Source of the DNA: Tubiluchus corallicola
Taxonomy: Eukaryota; Animalia; Priapulida
NCBI GenBank assembly: GCA_030141605.1
Contig: JAQGDQ010000001.1
Location: 1,674,001 to 1,738,000, forward strand
Length of the DNA stretch: 64,000 bases
Direction: 5' to 3'
This document shows positions 25,201 through 38,765 of the stretch, one piece after another. Position 1 is the first letter of the stretch. Each line of letters begins with the position of its first letter. The position numbers and the translations under genes were made by a program. The notes beneath the pieces were generated by a model, which was not told the origin of the DNA, did not search any database, and worked only from the letters and a program-made list of their open reading frames with translations.

Positions 25201-28200
25201 TCATAAGTAGAGATAAAGCACGATACAAACCAAGGAAAATTACCAGTTCAACGAAATTAACTCATTAAAGTACAATACAAAATTACATGGGAATAAGAGC
25301 AGATGTACCTTTTGATCTGTCGATCCGTTAACAACTTAACAAGGTGTTTTAAGGATTAGGCCAAATTTAAACTTTTTCTCATACAGTGTGACAGAACATG
25401 AAAGAAATTCGTTAATGAGTTAACAATTCAAAGACACCCCAAACAAGAGAATCAAAGAGCACTTTAAAAAAACTCTAGTGCAAATAGACATGTTACAGAA
25501 AATTGCCACTCACACAGACTCTGTAAAATGCACAGCATTGCTTAGTGCTAATTATAAAATAAATTCTTGCTGCTATTGACGTTAGTATTTATTCATAAGG
25601 AGTAGCAGCAAAACTGCCACTCTGTATTAATTTCTTAGCGTTGCTAACCCGTTAGGTACTTCTAAATATAAATTTGCTAAAGAATTGTAACAAAAAAAAC
25701 ATAGAACTCACAGTGACATTTCTAACCTCAAAAAGACAGTATAAAATAAGTAAAGCCTAGCAGCCTTGCACACATAATATCCCACTGTCAAGTACCGCAA
25801 CGGCAATATTTCAGTTTATATAGCAATGTGTTCACTTGCATAATGTGCTCAAATGCCCGATATTATAAAGCTCGAAGTTCACCTGACAAATCTAAACTAA
25901 CCTGTGATCCATCCATTTTATCCATTAAACGGAAATAAGCATTGAATTCACCTTTATATTTTTTTCCTAAAATAGTATTTTGCAAAAATTTCAGTCTACA
26001 AATATGGACATCTGCCACACCTACAGATTCTTCAGCAGGACTGCACAGTTCACAAGCTTTTTCGAATTAAACAAAATTCTGATCATATAAAAGTTTAGAG
26101 AAGCACTATACAATTATTAACTCTTAGAATGGTCACATAAAACTCTGCTATCTTACACATTGGTAGCAACTGACAGGGCTAAGTAAGTGACTCAGAAGTT
26201 GTCTTAGTCGCTAATCAAATTACAGAGCAAAGGTAAACCAGGTAAAGTAATCATTCATACAGAAACAACACACAATAGTAATAAGTTTAACTGTCTGAGT
26301 TGAAAACGCACCCACATTGAGTGTTTACTCAGTCTACTCTCAAGACGGGAAATAACACAGCAAAATAAAACCACACCTTCCCCGAAAACTTTTAAAATTA
26401 AGAATGACGAATGTAAAGCCAAAAACGCAACTGAAGGCATCAGTAACCATGCAGTGTTAATATTAATCTAATGTCATTAACAACACTAAAACTTACTAAC
26501 ATTAAGGCACGTTAATGAACATACTAGTGGCAGGCTAACCAAAGAGTTATCTGTTGCCAAGTAATTAAGACATGTAATTTATAATCATTAATTAACCTAA
26601 ACAATAAAAACTGTGTTTCAAGGTCACCAAACGCTATGAATAGATGACGATCATTAATAAAGAGTATAAGGGAGCTCTATATGTTACTCAAGCAAAACTG
26701 AATAGCAGAAGATCCTCTGAAACCTGGATTAGCCAGGTAAAACTAAAGTACAAAACAACTTTGAGTCTTTTCTCAAGTTTACTAATTCAATATAATTATT
26801 TTACAGTGATTACTGCAAATTTTATGCAGTTAATTTTATGTCACGATGGACAGACAACAAACTTCTGACAATGTGCACTAGCACTCTGTGTGATATTTTT
26901 TAGATAAATTTGATTTAATCCGAAAACTGTATTGAAATTACCATTTCCTACAATAAGAGTTTAGTCCAAAAAAGTATCGTCACTTGTAATACAAATCCAA
27001 ATGATTCCAGATCACTGCAAACAATACATGATTCCAATCACAATAAAAATCAGAATAAAACCAGAAAGTACACAAAAACTTCATTTGAACACTGTTGCAA
27101 TCAATAGCAAATTAATACTTTGTAATTTCTGCTACTTTGCACAGCAATTTTTTAGACGCGTGTACTTTTAAATATTTTCCTACATTTTTTTACTCAAAAC
27201 TTTCACTTACAGAATTGTGCTCTCCAAATTGTTTGCTAGTAAAATTATCCCAAAGTGTTCCAGACAACAAAAAATAACACATAAAATCAGCCAAAGTCAG
27301 AGTCAACTACTAGGTAAACAGTGCAGACTAATTGTGGGCTATAAATACCTAACAACAGCCAGCATGTGCATCCAAACCCAAACTGCAACAATTTTTCACA
27401 AGTAAACTTTTATCCAAAGGGACTCTGAACTTTTACCAGCCTGGCAAACACTAAACATATATTAATCAAATTTAGCACTACCAGAAGATCACATCTAAGA
27501 TCAATGATATCACTTAAATGCAAACTAGGTGGCTCCACCAGGTCAATTTAGAAACAGCTCTGAACAATGAAAGGCATTGTATACACTAAAAAGAGATTGA
27601 TGGCACTGATAAAATTACATCCATTTTTGCCAAAAATCCATTAGCACGATAAGTTTCAGTCATAAACTCATACTTATGCACACAGATATCTGTTAAGTTT
27701 TCATTAACTATATTCGTGAGAACAAGATACTGTATAATATATTGTCGGTGATTCAATTATCAAAACATTTCTGCAATTATTGCAACAAGTTGCATTCTAA
27801 CATAAGCTGCAATTAATATTTATCAGCAATGTTAGTAAAAATGCTACATAATGTACACATAAATCAAAGTATATTAAAAATGTTTGTTATTTAGTTAATT
27901 TGTAACTTTAGTTAAGCATCTGTAATGCTTTATTGTTAATCCTGAGATTAATAAAATGTTTATACAAAAAAAATGTTTTTTCTCCAAATGCACTATTCTC
28001 ATTTTGTAAGCAATTAATTATAAACCTTGTCAAGCAATTGAAAAAATAATATTCTAATTATTAGTAAATGATTCGTAAATGAACTGTAGAGATTGCATTA
28101 GAAACCAGAGCAAATGTACAACTGCTTACTTTAGTTTAACCAATCATTGACAACTGACGATTCTGGTAAGTCACTATGAACAAATTTATTTTGAAAAAGT

Positions 28201-30259
28201 AAATGTATAATTTTATATTAATCTATTTTTTATTGATTTTTTTTTAAATTTATTATGCAGACAGGCACATTTTTTATCATGCGAACAGGATCTAACATCG
28301 TTTAAGCAAAAAATGGGTTTCTTGACCTTACTCAGACCTATCCCTATTCCAAATATGGTGATTGTAGCTTAGTCTATTTTGATTTTACTATAGGGACAAA
28401 CACACACAAGCTGTGACTAAAAGCACTACCATACACCAACAATTGTCAGCTTGTGATGTAGGTATCTTACTAGGTAATAAATACAAATTACCATCAAAGG
28501 AATTTAAGACTATTACCTTAAACAAAATTGATTTCTAACATTGATTATTCTACCTCCTTTATTCGTATAAAGATTTATAAAGTATAAAGCACAATGGTTT
28601 TATTATAAATAATTGATATAATACAAATATTTTTGTTAGTAACTAAAGAAAAATAGATGATAAAATCTGTACATATTGTAATTTATGCATTCATAAAATG
28701 CTTTTCTAACCTTTTTTTACATTATAATTAAAGCAAAGAGTGCCACTATCACTTTATCTTTAAATCATTCATAAAATGCAATATTTTTGGTATAAAGAGT
28801 GATACAGAATATTGAATTCTTTTCAAAAATCCCACTTTATGACTGTCAATCAAAAAATTTGCTGGCACTGTACCATATTAACACACAAGTAGTTTCACAC
28901 TTTTGTTTTGTTTAAAGTTAAATATTTTTCTATATGCACAGTTCTAGCTTACTCTAATTACATTATTTTTTTCAGTGAAAAAGCCACTAGTTTCACAACC
29001 CGTACAATAGAATTGGAAGACAATAAAAACAGTTTGTGTTTTTGCCACTATTGGGGTTGCCGACCTGAAGTATATAAATTTCAATCTTGTGATGTCGCTT
29101 CAAAGTCTTTACCAGGTTTTACATGGCATTGCAAATATTTTACATTATTTTTCCACTTCAATACATACCACAAAAACAGAACCATGTTTTTTTTGGATTA
29201 AAAGCAGTGCTCCATCATTTACCATATTTTTGACATATCTTCAGCATTTCTCTAAAATGCCTATATAAATTAGCAAGTAAGGGTACTTGCATCATCTACA
29301 TGCAATACAGAGCCTGCAAATGTTTCTCCAGCATAACACCTATACCCTGCTTTACATAAATATTTAATAAGAATGTAATGTAAATGTATATTATTTACAT
29401 AAAGGAATGTATATATATATACATATATAAGTTATATACATAAACGAAAAATATCGGCAAATTTACTAAATTACAAATTATGTATAATTATGCATAATTT
29501 GTAATTTACCTCTTTAGGTAAGCCACTACACTTTACTAATAAGGCACATCGGTGGAACATTTGACATTAATTGGAATCTTCTAGATTTAAACAAATGAAA
29601 GTGTAATTTCAATCAAACTGATAAAATTTTCAAATCCACAGTTATGATATATATATACTGCAAATCACATTCTGAATAATGCATTCACAATTACAGCCCC
29701 GTATTTATGTATCTGACCTACAAGAGCAAATTAAAGTACAATGGTAACTTACCAGATACATTTATATATAAAATGTGCACAAGTCATTGGAAATTCCTCA
29801 CTGAAAACATGTCCAACGAATAAATCACTTCATCATTTTGCAAGCTATAAAGTAAAAAGACAGTCAAAAGCATTTAATTAAATGGAGTCATTACTCAAAA
29901 CAAATGAATTGTGAAACGGCAAACTGCCATCAGTACTGGGTTAAAGCATACATCGTATACATATTACATGAATCTCATAAGTCAATGTCAAATGTGTACT
30001 GAATATCCTGCCACCAGAATGGTTTGGACAATGCTTGGATGGGACAACTTTGATCTTGCCAATCTTTAAAGTCATAGTCAAGGTGAATGTTCTTGACGGA
30101 TGAGTAGAGAATAGGAATTTTCACTATAGACTCCAACGATGCTTTATTTAGATGTGCATATTTTTATTGTAAACATTTTTTGTAGTGTGTTTTTAATTTT
30201 TATGTGTACCATGAATTCATGTGTGAATAAAGATGATATATATATATATGTGTGTGTGT

Positions 30260-31711
30260 TACAGGTGATGTGAAAAATTTAGGCATTTTACAAAATACCT
30301 GCATTTTATATAATACCTGTGCATTTTGGGAAAAGTGTGAAATAAATCTTTTTGTTGCGGCTTTTTTCCACTTTGCCTAAGCATTTCGTATGACAGCTAA
30401 GATATATATAAAATGTATCAATGGACTTTGGGAGTGTGTAAAATTTACAGAATTAACATTGAATCGAACTTTTCTTGGATATTTTATACATTAATCTATC
30501 CTCGCCCATGGTAGAATAAAGATACGACTTTATCGGTTTCAGGCGACTAAAGGCTCGTTCAGCAACTGCGCTAGTTACTGGTAAGGTCAGAAAAATGTGG
30601 TACAATGTCAACAGGTTAGAATAAATGGAACACATGTTATTGGCAATCATGAATTTAAGGACGTTATCGATGGTCAGTTTCTGAACACTTGACATTGCCT
30701 TACTCCTAGTGCTCATTATTTCTTTGTACATGTCTTTGAATGAAAGAAATTCTTGAACGATTTCAGTTTGACCATCGATGACAACTGAGTACGTGCCTGC
30801 TACAAATTCTAATTTGTTCTAATGCTAATTTCGAATGATAATTCCGTGCACTGTCAAAATGATTGGGATCTAAAACACTAAATCTGGAAGCCACATTTTT
30901 GAAATCCTCAAATCTGACAAGCCTGTGCTATTTATAAGAAAATCTAAGGACACTAAGTAGGTTTCAATCATTAAATCAAATACTTCTTCATCCTTTGCAG
31001 TTTCATCATGGAATCTTTTTCTTTTACATTGTCTCCGCTCCCTGTATTCCATACTAATATCACATTTCTGAGCCAATTCAGTTGCTTCACTTTCAATTTG
31101 TTTGAAATGAGATTCATACTCATTTCGCATATCTTTCTTATTTTTTTCAAAATCTGAATCAACTGAGAAGCATATAGAAGATCTAGACTATTTTTCTGTA
31201 AATATGTGTCTAGCATGTTACTCCAAAATATTAAAACAACTAAGAATTCAAAGTATTTAGTATTTCCAGTATACCCTTTGCCTCAGCCACAGCTCATAAA
31301 TAGTTTTTTATCTCACCATTCAGAATTCTTTGCGAGCAATTACTAGTGCTGATAAGTTCTACAATACTGCCTCTCTTTCTGGATATCCATGTAGTATCAC
31401 AAAGTTTCTTTACAGTCAGTGCAAAAGATGTGATCTGATTGTGTTCTTCTTCTTTTAGTACAGAAAGACGAGTCAGAAAAATTAAAAAGTCTTTCTAAAG
31501 TTCCAAAAAACAACTTGGTTTGACTATTGGAGCTTACTACATCAATTAGAAGCATTTCAACAATCTAAGTAATACAATTATTGAGCATTTTTCGTTTTGA
31601 GGCAAGATATTTTACCCGACAAATAAATTATTGTTGAAAAGGCTCTAATTTTGAATAATGTGCTCAAGGGGAGCAGTTGCTCCCCCTGCTCCTCTATTAG
31701 TTATGCCACTG
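30260..31711 (-). mobile_element. Degenerate hAT-family (ZMYM1-like) transposon, frameshifted transposase
   Basis: The ORF at 30453-30731 carries a hATC dimerization motif (LLTLYHIFLTLPVTSAVAERAFSRLKPIKSYLYSTMGEDRL). Upstream fragments are LQKNSLDL... and RRQCKRKRFHDE. A minus-strand terminus CAGTGGCATAAC...GGGGGAGCAACTGCTCCCC starts at 31711. The left boundary is approximate. Confidence 0.8.
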
Positions 31712-32785
31712 ATTTGAACCAGTAACCAACAACTTGCTAAGGGCAGTAGGCAAGGGTTGAAAGGGCAGTGCAAAACAACAAGGTTTACAAATTTACGAGT
31801 ATCACTGAAATACCGATACACGGATTTGCCAGTCAGTTTTTGCAGAATTTTCTGACTAACATTAAGAAAAATAGAGAAAGAAAGAGAAATAGAACAGGCA
31901 TTAGTCACCAAAAGCAATACCACGCAGCAGCAGCAATGGCAACCATTTGCACAAAAAACTGTGGAAGGCCTATGACTAGAGCCACCACATTCTCACAGAG
32001 CTCTATTAAAATTCAAGCCACACCAAGTGAGTTATGTTGCTCTTCCTGCACAGTGAGTACCACTTCCAGTTTCTGTGCTACTAAATCACACCATTAAAAA
32101 TGTTTGTTAACAAACTGCCCCCAGGTGTCCGACAAAGCGAGAATTAGAAACATTGATTTTAAGTCTCAGTCAACAAATCAATATAACTGGACCAGTAATT
32201 TTATTACTAGAAGCAGTTTTGCAACAATGGCAGTAAATTATTTGCTCACATTATTTCCTATTTACAGAAAGTTAACAAAATATTATCCTATTATATGTTA
32301 GGATTCAAAGCTTAATTTTAGTTATCTAGCAAAAGCACATTCACTCAATTTATTAGAACTTTTATTAGTTACTTTTAGAGTGTTTTTTTATTTTTACAAA
32401 ATACGAGACATTCTTTATTAAATAAATTAACAAGATATTAGGCTTAGTATGCCACAACAATGACACTATTGTCAACGCACGGAAACTGTGTTACACATGT
32501 ACAAGGTTAAGAAAATTTGTTAACTTTAAAAAAAAGGCAAATGTTCCCATTTTAAAAACACCATTTTAATCTCAATGAATAAAAATAACAACAGAGTTTA
32601 CTCACAGAATGCCTATAACTGGACTATAACTACATTAGTTTACACACAAGTTACAGGGAGGTTCACGAATTGATTTATTACATTCGAATTCAGGGCACAG
32701 AATCAAGATTGTAGTGACACCTGTAGGTACTATATGTAGTTAGCAAGCTGTAACAATAAATAACGTCTATAGACGTCACGGCTCA

Positions 32786-33020
32786 CCATCAGTCGACTTT
32801 AAATTCCATAATATATACTTTAAACAATTTTGCTGACTATTGGAACTCACAATCAACAACGGTTTAACATTCAGCGGATAAATGCAGTTAGAATTCCCCG
32901 ACGGCCATCAGTCGACTTAAAATTCCATAATATATACTTTAAACAATTTTGCTGACTATTGGAACTCACAATCAACAACGGTTTAACATTCAGCGGATAA
33001 ATGCAGTTAGAATTCCCCGA
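32786..33020. repeat. Near-perfect direct tandem duplication, 119-bp period
   Basis: ccatcagtcgactt(t)aaattccataatatatac...gaattccccga starts at 32786 and at 32905. Confidence 0.92.
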
Positions 33021-33519
33021 TACGATAGAACATGTATACTTTTTACAAGTGCAAGATAACGATAAATGAAAATCAATGAGCAGCAATATTACAAAAGCAA
33101 TAAAAATTACAGTTGCTGGCTTATTTTCTTCTCAGTTCACTCCAATAATCACAAGACTGATAAGAATAAGAAATAGCTCTCTCACTTTAATAGCTCAAAT
33201 TTATACTAATTATAAAAAATGTCACCCTATAATCACTGGTATAATCCCCTATGAAGGTGTGCAGATCACTTGCCAATTTTTGCCATTATTAAAAATATCC
33301 AAGTAATAAAACAGAATAAAAAGTAACAATATGAGACAAGAACAATTTTAATTTGCATGTTTTTCTAAATGCTCTCCAAACTCAACATTATGGCATTGAC
33401 TGCAGATATCTATCAACAGATAAAATGTTTGAGCAATTCTTCCACTCCTTTGATCGCACACTAAGAACTCATGCTCCACTAAGGACCACGTCCTGTAAAG
33501 AAATGATGGGACAACTACT

Positions 33520-34330
33520 GATGACAAAGATATGGGGCAAAGATCATCACACAAAGGACATGCATTTGACTGTTTAGTAATAGGGCTAACATTACAGTTA
33601 AGCTTTGGGAATGCTAAAGAATAAAGAGATTTATGCAACAAAAAGGAAAGAGGGAGAGCAAGTTGAAGAGCACAGGATTTCAAAATAACATCATGAACTT
33701 TATTGGGCCCTGCAGCTATAAATGGTGTTACGTTATTAAGCTTAGCATATATATTGTTAATATTGAAATTAATGTCATTCAGAGAATCAGCATTCCAACC
33801 AGAAGAAGGAATAGGCAAGGCGTTATCACCAGGCTCTTGAGTGAAGAAAGAACCAAAGCAGCATTTATTGTAGAAGCGACTTTTTCAGGACAGCAATATC
33901 GTTACAATTTTTAATGCAACTAATATGGTTAGAAAGCTTCAAGAAGTATTTACTATACCCGAAGGATTGCCATTTTTGCTCAACCTACTTGAGTCTATTT
34001 CATACCTCATCCTTGCAAGGTGAATAGACATGCTTAACTGCTGGGATTATCTGGTATACTCAGCATGAACACTACACACATTAGTAGGTTCCACAGCCTC
34101 CAAAGTTTAAGCTTCTTACATTTAACTTGACGGACACACTTATCATTTTCCTGGGTGCACACAATCTTTTACAATCAGACTTAGAGATTCCCCTTAGTGG
34201 GACAAAATTATCAACAATAAAGTAGTAGGAGTGGAGGAAAAAGTTCCAGGCACTAATAACATCACAATTACACATTTCATTACACCAGTTAATGTTTGCA
34301 AAAAAATCACGCCAAGGTCAAGCCAAACTT
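33520..34330 (-). mobile_element. LINE (CR1/L2-type) ORF2 remnant, pre-RT region
   Basis: GPNKVHDVILKSCALQLALPLSFLLHKSL...NVSPITK...LCPISLSSVV is a degenerate version of GPD...LK..A..L..PL...YRPISL; an upstream fragment reads IVDNFVPLR. Confidence 0.7.
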
Positions 34331-34559
34331 AGGCATACTGAAATCACCACACACCAAAATATCATTATTAGAACATAATATAATCAATCGCATCATATAT
34401 ATATATATATATATATATCATGTAATATTACACGTAATATCACGTCATATCATATCATTATCAAATAAATGAATTATTTTATTTTTTATATTTCATTCCT
34501 TTTTCACGAACCAGTATTCGATCCCATTTTTTAGGCTGCCATGTCATGAGCCCATGGAA

Positions 34560-36260
34560 CAAATTACCAACGACCAACGACAACCGTTGAAGCACCATCC
34601 ATCTGTCAATAGTTTTAAATCGTGTTTGGGAAAGGACTGCAATCGAGTTTAACTCTTATTCCATATGAGATATGACTTTAAAATAAATTTAACAATTTTA
34701 TAATTATTGTATTTAAAATACGCTACTTGCTTGTCGAGGTCTAAGAGACCTAACCATAACATTCTTATTTACGGTCTCTCCTCAACAATTTGCAAAATTG
34801 TGGCAGATTTGATATGTCAACTGTTTCACTATTAAGTGAATTCCAAGGGCCAACATTTGTCACTACGCAAAATAGAATTACCACTAATGACTTTATAACA
34901 GTAGGTCTATAGTATCATGGCAATGTGTTCAAGAGAAGATACAGAGTCACGTTGAACATCACGTAATTAGGACCAGTCATTTCAGCATTCATGAAGATTT
35001 GTTACTGTGGAGCGTTGTGGTAATAAACCATGTTGATTATTACTTAATTGGCCAGAAGATAACAGGAATTTTAGTATATCGTCCCGCAAAAGAGATTCAA
35101 GACATTTAGAGACATCAGAAGATAGAAAAATAGGGCGTAATTCGTCACATGTCGAGTTGGTGCTAGGTTTTTTAGGGACAGAGGTAACATTACAATCTAA
35201 CCAGTTCTTAAGGGACTATACCACACTCCAAGGATTTGCAAAAAAGAAAAAGAGGTCATGAGATTTTTGAGGCAAATGATTTCAATATAAAACTGCGAAC
35301 ATAGTCAGGACCAACAGCTTTAAAAGGTTTAAGTTTGGAAAGTTTATCATTGACATCATTCACAGTAAATTTAACATAGGAAATACTATCATTATTCCAA
35401 GACAAGAGAATTGGTAAGGGACCATCACCAGGTTCAATAGTGAAGAAAGAAGCAAAAGAATCTTTAATAGTATTAGCAACCGTGATGGGATCAGAAATAA
35501 GCTGCTGCTGATCATTAATAGTAGTAATGCGATTAGGAGGTTTAAGGAAATATTTATTATAATAGTAAAACTCTTCACCATTCTTACTTGGTCGATTTGC
35601 AAGACACTACCCACATCTTAAGCGAGCAGAATATAAAGCTGATTTTAGTTTCCTGAGAGGAGCAAGTATATCCAGCATGCACACTGTTAAGATTAGAATA
35701 GTTTCATTTTGACCATAATTTGCATTTATTTCTTGCTTTAGTAATAATGGGGTTATTTAGACAAGGGCAAACTATACGTTTGTGCTGTTTAGCAGAAGTT
35801 CCTCTTAAGGGTACAAACTGGTCATATGCTTCATTATATATTAAATAATGTCACAATTGTGAAACTGAGCTTTCCAGTCAATAATTTCCAATGAAATTAG
35901 TAATTTAGAATGATTAATCATAATCAATTTAATCATAATTTAGAATGATTAAAGTCATGCCAGGGTCTATTTACAAGTTGTTGGTAACTTTACTCAACAT
36001 AAAACAAATGCTAGTGTCATGATCACTGGTTGAAAATCCATGCCAAGGAGAGCAATTCCTAATGCGTTCAAGACAATTAGTTAAGACTAATTCTAGGCAA
36101 CAGCTTTTGCAAATAGGAAAATGAGCCGAGAAAGCAGATTATCATGTAAGGAATTAAAAAACATACATTCTAAACCATTATGAGGGACAGGGTCAGGTCA
36201 TGCTAATTTTGGAAACTTAAAATTACCGCAAATGACAACATCATTTTAAGAGTAGATAGA
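34560..36260 (-). mobile_element. LINE (CR1-like) remnant, copy A (endonuclease-to-RT start plus 3' end; RT core deleted)
   Basis: Minus-strand fragments AVGPDYVRSFILK and CDELRPIFLSSDVSKCLESLLRD. The segment 34724-34961 aligns with 37605-37944 of copy B. Confidence 0.65.
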
Positions 36261-36500
36261 AATAGCTTGTTTAATTTCTTCAAGTATATTATTGATTTCA
36301 GAATAACCAGTGTATGAATATCATTATTAACGCTACTCGCCTATCCAGACGAGCTAATTAAAGTTAAACCATTGATTACATTTCGTTGGTACCTTTTCAA
36401 TCAACCCCTGTTTTATAAGAAAAAATTTTAAACATGTATGAAATTAAATGTGCATTAGCCTCCACATTATCGCAACGAGAAAACAATCATTTCAGATCGC

Positions 36501-37042
36501 TGAGTTGGGCGCCGAGTAATCCACTAGCCGAAGTAGGACAATAGGCGTACATGGGCTAAGTAGGACGCGTCGTAAATGGGCTGACGTAGGACACTAGAGG
36601 CAGGTCGCGAATTGAGTCGTTAACCTTACTGGCACCGTCCATTGTCCTTGTTTATGTAATAATAATAATTGAGAACGTCAATAAACATTGAATAATTTGT
36701 TATACAACTGATAAAATAAAATAATTTTTTTCTGAGCTGGTATAATTAATAGTTGCCAATATTAATCTTTTTTGAAGTGAAATAAGCGCACTTTTAGGCG
36801 ATTCCAACATTTGCTTAAGGTATATCATTTTTTATTTTGTCTTGTGTCACAGAGAGGTGATCCCTTTCACTCCCTCTTGGACAAATAATTGTTTTCTACT
36901 AAGTCATAAATCTCGATTCTCGACAGAAATCGCTAGTACTCTACTTGGACTGCCATGTACGACACTGCATTTCCGCAAATTTAACATGCGTTTTGCCTGA
37001 AGTGTCCTACGTTGGCTAGTAAGTTACTCGGCGTCCGACACG
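36501..37042. mobile_element. MITE-like element (about 540 bp) with imperfect terminal inverted repeats, abutting the BiP promoter
   Basis: Left end gggcgccgagtaatccactagccgaagtaggaca versus right end (reverse complement) ggacgccgagtaacttactagccaacgtaggaca; the left arm has three GTAGGAC subrepeats. Confidence 0.6.
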
Positions 37043-37107
37043 CTGTTTCCATGTTCTCACTATTGCAGATTTCCGGTACAAATGTCATTACTAACAACAC
37101 ATCTTTG

Positions 37108-37247
37108 ATTGGTTGTTACACATCTGATGTAAGAACACACTGAGATGACGTGTCATTCTGATTTTAACCAATCACATGCAGCCAAATTTTGGGTGATCGG
37201 CCAATCCGATAGGGCCACGCTAGTTATGCTTTTAGTTTCCATAAAAG
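37108..37247 (+). promoter_or_regulatory. Unfolded-protein-response promoter of the BiP locus (ERSE, ERSE-like, XBP1/UPRE-type site, TATA-like box)
   Basis: Perfect ERSE CCAAT-ccgataggg-CCACG at 37201-37219; degenerate CCAAT-cacatgcag-CCAAA at 37168-37186; GATGACGTGT at 37144-37153; inverted CCAAT (ATTGG) at 37108-37112; CATAAAAG at 37240-37247. Confidence 0.88.
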
Positions 37248-37269
37248 CGTGGTTTTAGGTAAGTTATCT

Positions 37270-37400
37270 ATTTTTCTTGAATATTTTGAATAATATTTCC
37301 TACAGTCGAAACAAAAGTTATATTTCGTGCAGACGCTCTTGGTTTTTATACTGTGAACATAAAAGTGAAAGAAATTCGTTTCGCATTGGCAAGACACGGG
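37270..37400 (+). other. Putative non-coding first (leader) exon of BiP transcript(s)
   Basis: Starts about 30 nt after the TATA-like box, contains no ATG and ends at the donor-like GGG|GTACGT (37401). The start is approximate. Confidence 0.6.
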
Positions 37401-37604
37401 GTACGTATCTCCATGTAATAATAATTAATATAACATTAATACTTAGACTTGGTAGGTTTGCTGCTTTTATTTAGGTACTGGGTAGTACCGTAGATACCTT
37501 CCTTTGATTATAATATCTACAGTGGCCAATAACTACACTTTAAGATTGGCTTTTGGGTATTTTGTATGTAGTGGCAGAGACGAAAATTGAAATCCACGCG
37601 CTGG

Positions 37605-38765
37605 TACTTGCTGCGAAGTCTAAGAGACTAATCACAACACGGTTATTGACGGTCTCTCCTCAACAATTTGCGAAATTGCGGCAGATTTGATGCGTCAACT
37701 GTTTCACTATATTAAGTGAATTCCAAGGGCCCACCCACAACACCGGAAGAGAAGAAATGAGCTCTGATAATTAGTGCGAGAGTATTAATCATACAAATAA
37801 TTTAGAACATAAATCACGTAGTGGTCTAGATAAAAATTTGTCACTGCGCAAAATAGAACTACCACTAATGACTTTATAACAGTTAATAATGTCTATAATA
37901 TCACAGTGTTGTTCAAGAATGACACAGAGTCAGGTTGAATATCAGAGGCCAGACTAATACATCTCCATTGAGTTTTTTCTAAAGCATTTTTAAGAGTAAC
38001 ATACTGTTGTGACCAAACAATGCACGCATATTCTAGTATTAGTCTAACTATAGCTTTATAAAGAGGTGCAATAACTTTTGCACTACGTGATGAAATGCAG
38101 CGTTTTATCATTCCAACGCATCTATTGGCCTGAGAAATAATATGCTCAATATGTGAATTCCACTTCAGGTTATTTGAGATTAATACCCCTAAATCGTGTA
38201 CAACTGATTTTTCTTCAACGACACCATCTCTCAGATAATAAGGTATTGCAGAACTAGAACAAATACGAAGTGCGCTGCATTTACTACGTTTGAGGGAACA
38301 TTGACCATTTGTCTCACCACCGCTCATTTTCAGGCAGGTCAGCTTGTAAGATCTCTTGATCAGAGGAATTTCTAATTGGACGGTATGGTTTTATATCATC
38401 AACAAACAGTGTTATGCGTGTGTCTGGGGATACACAATCAGTAACATCATTGATAAAAATAAGAAAACAATAAGGTCTCGACAAAGTCTCTTGAGGAATG
38501 CCACTGGTTATATTTCTCCAGGAAGTGGTTATACCATTTAAAACTACTCTTTGCCCTCTGTGTGTTAGAAAATAATGAAACCATTGGAGCAGTTTACCTC
38601 TTATACCTGCAAATTCCATTTTTAACATGAAACGACGAAAGAGGAACGGAATCAAATGTTTTTCTAAAATCAATATATAGAATGTAAATTGATAACAGAA
38701 GATAGAGAAATAGGGCATAAAAAACCACATGTCAAGTTGGTGCTAGGTTTTTTGGGGATAGGGGT
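37605..38765 (-). mobile_element. LINE (CR1-like) remnant, copy B, reverse transcriptase core
   Basis: GIRGKLLQWFHYFLTHRGQRVVLNG...SGIPQ...FLIFIND...LFVDD...LQADL, then DLGVLISNNLKWNSHI...LYKAIVRLILEYACIVW; frameshifted. Confidence 0.88.

Noticed and set aside
31645-32301. ORFs of 92, 109 and 65 aa next to the hAT end
   Set aside because: No recognisable motifs or splice structure, and non-ATG starts.
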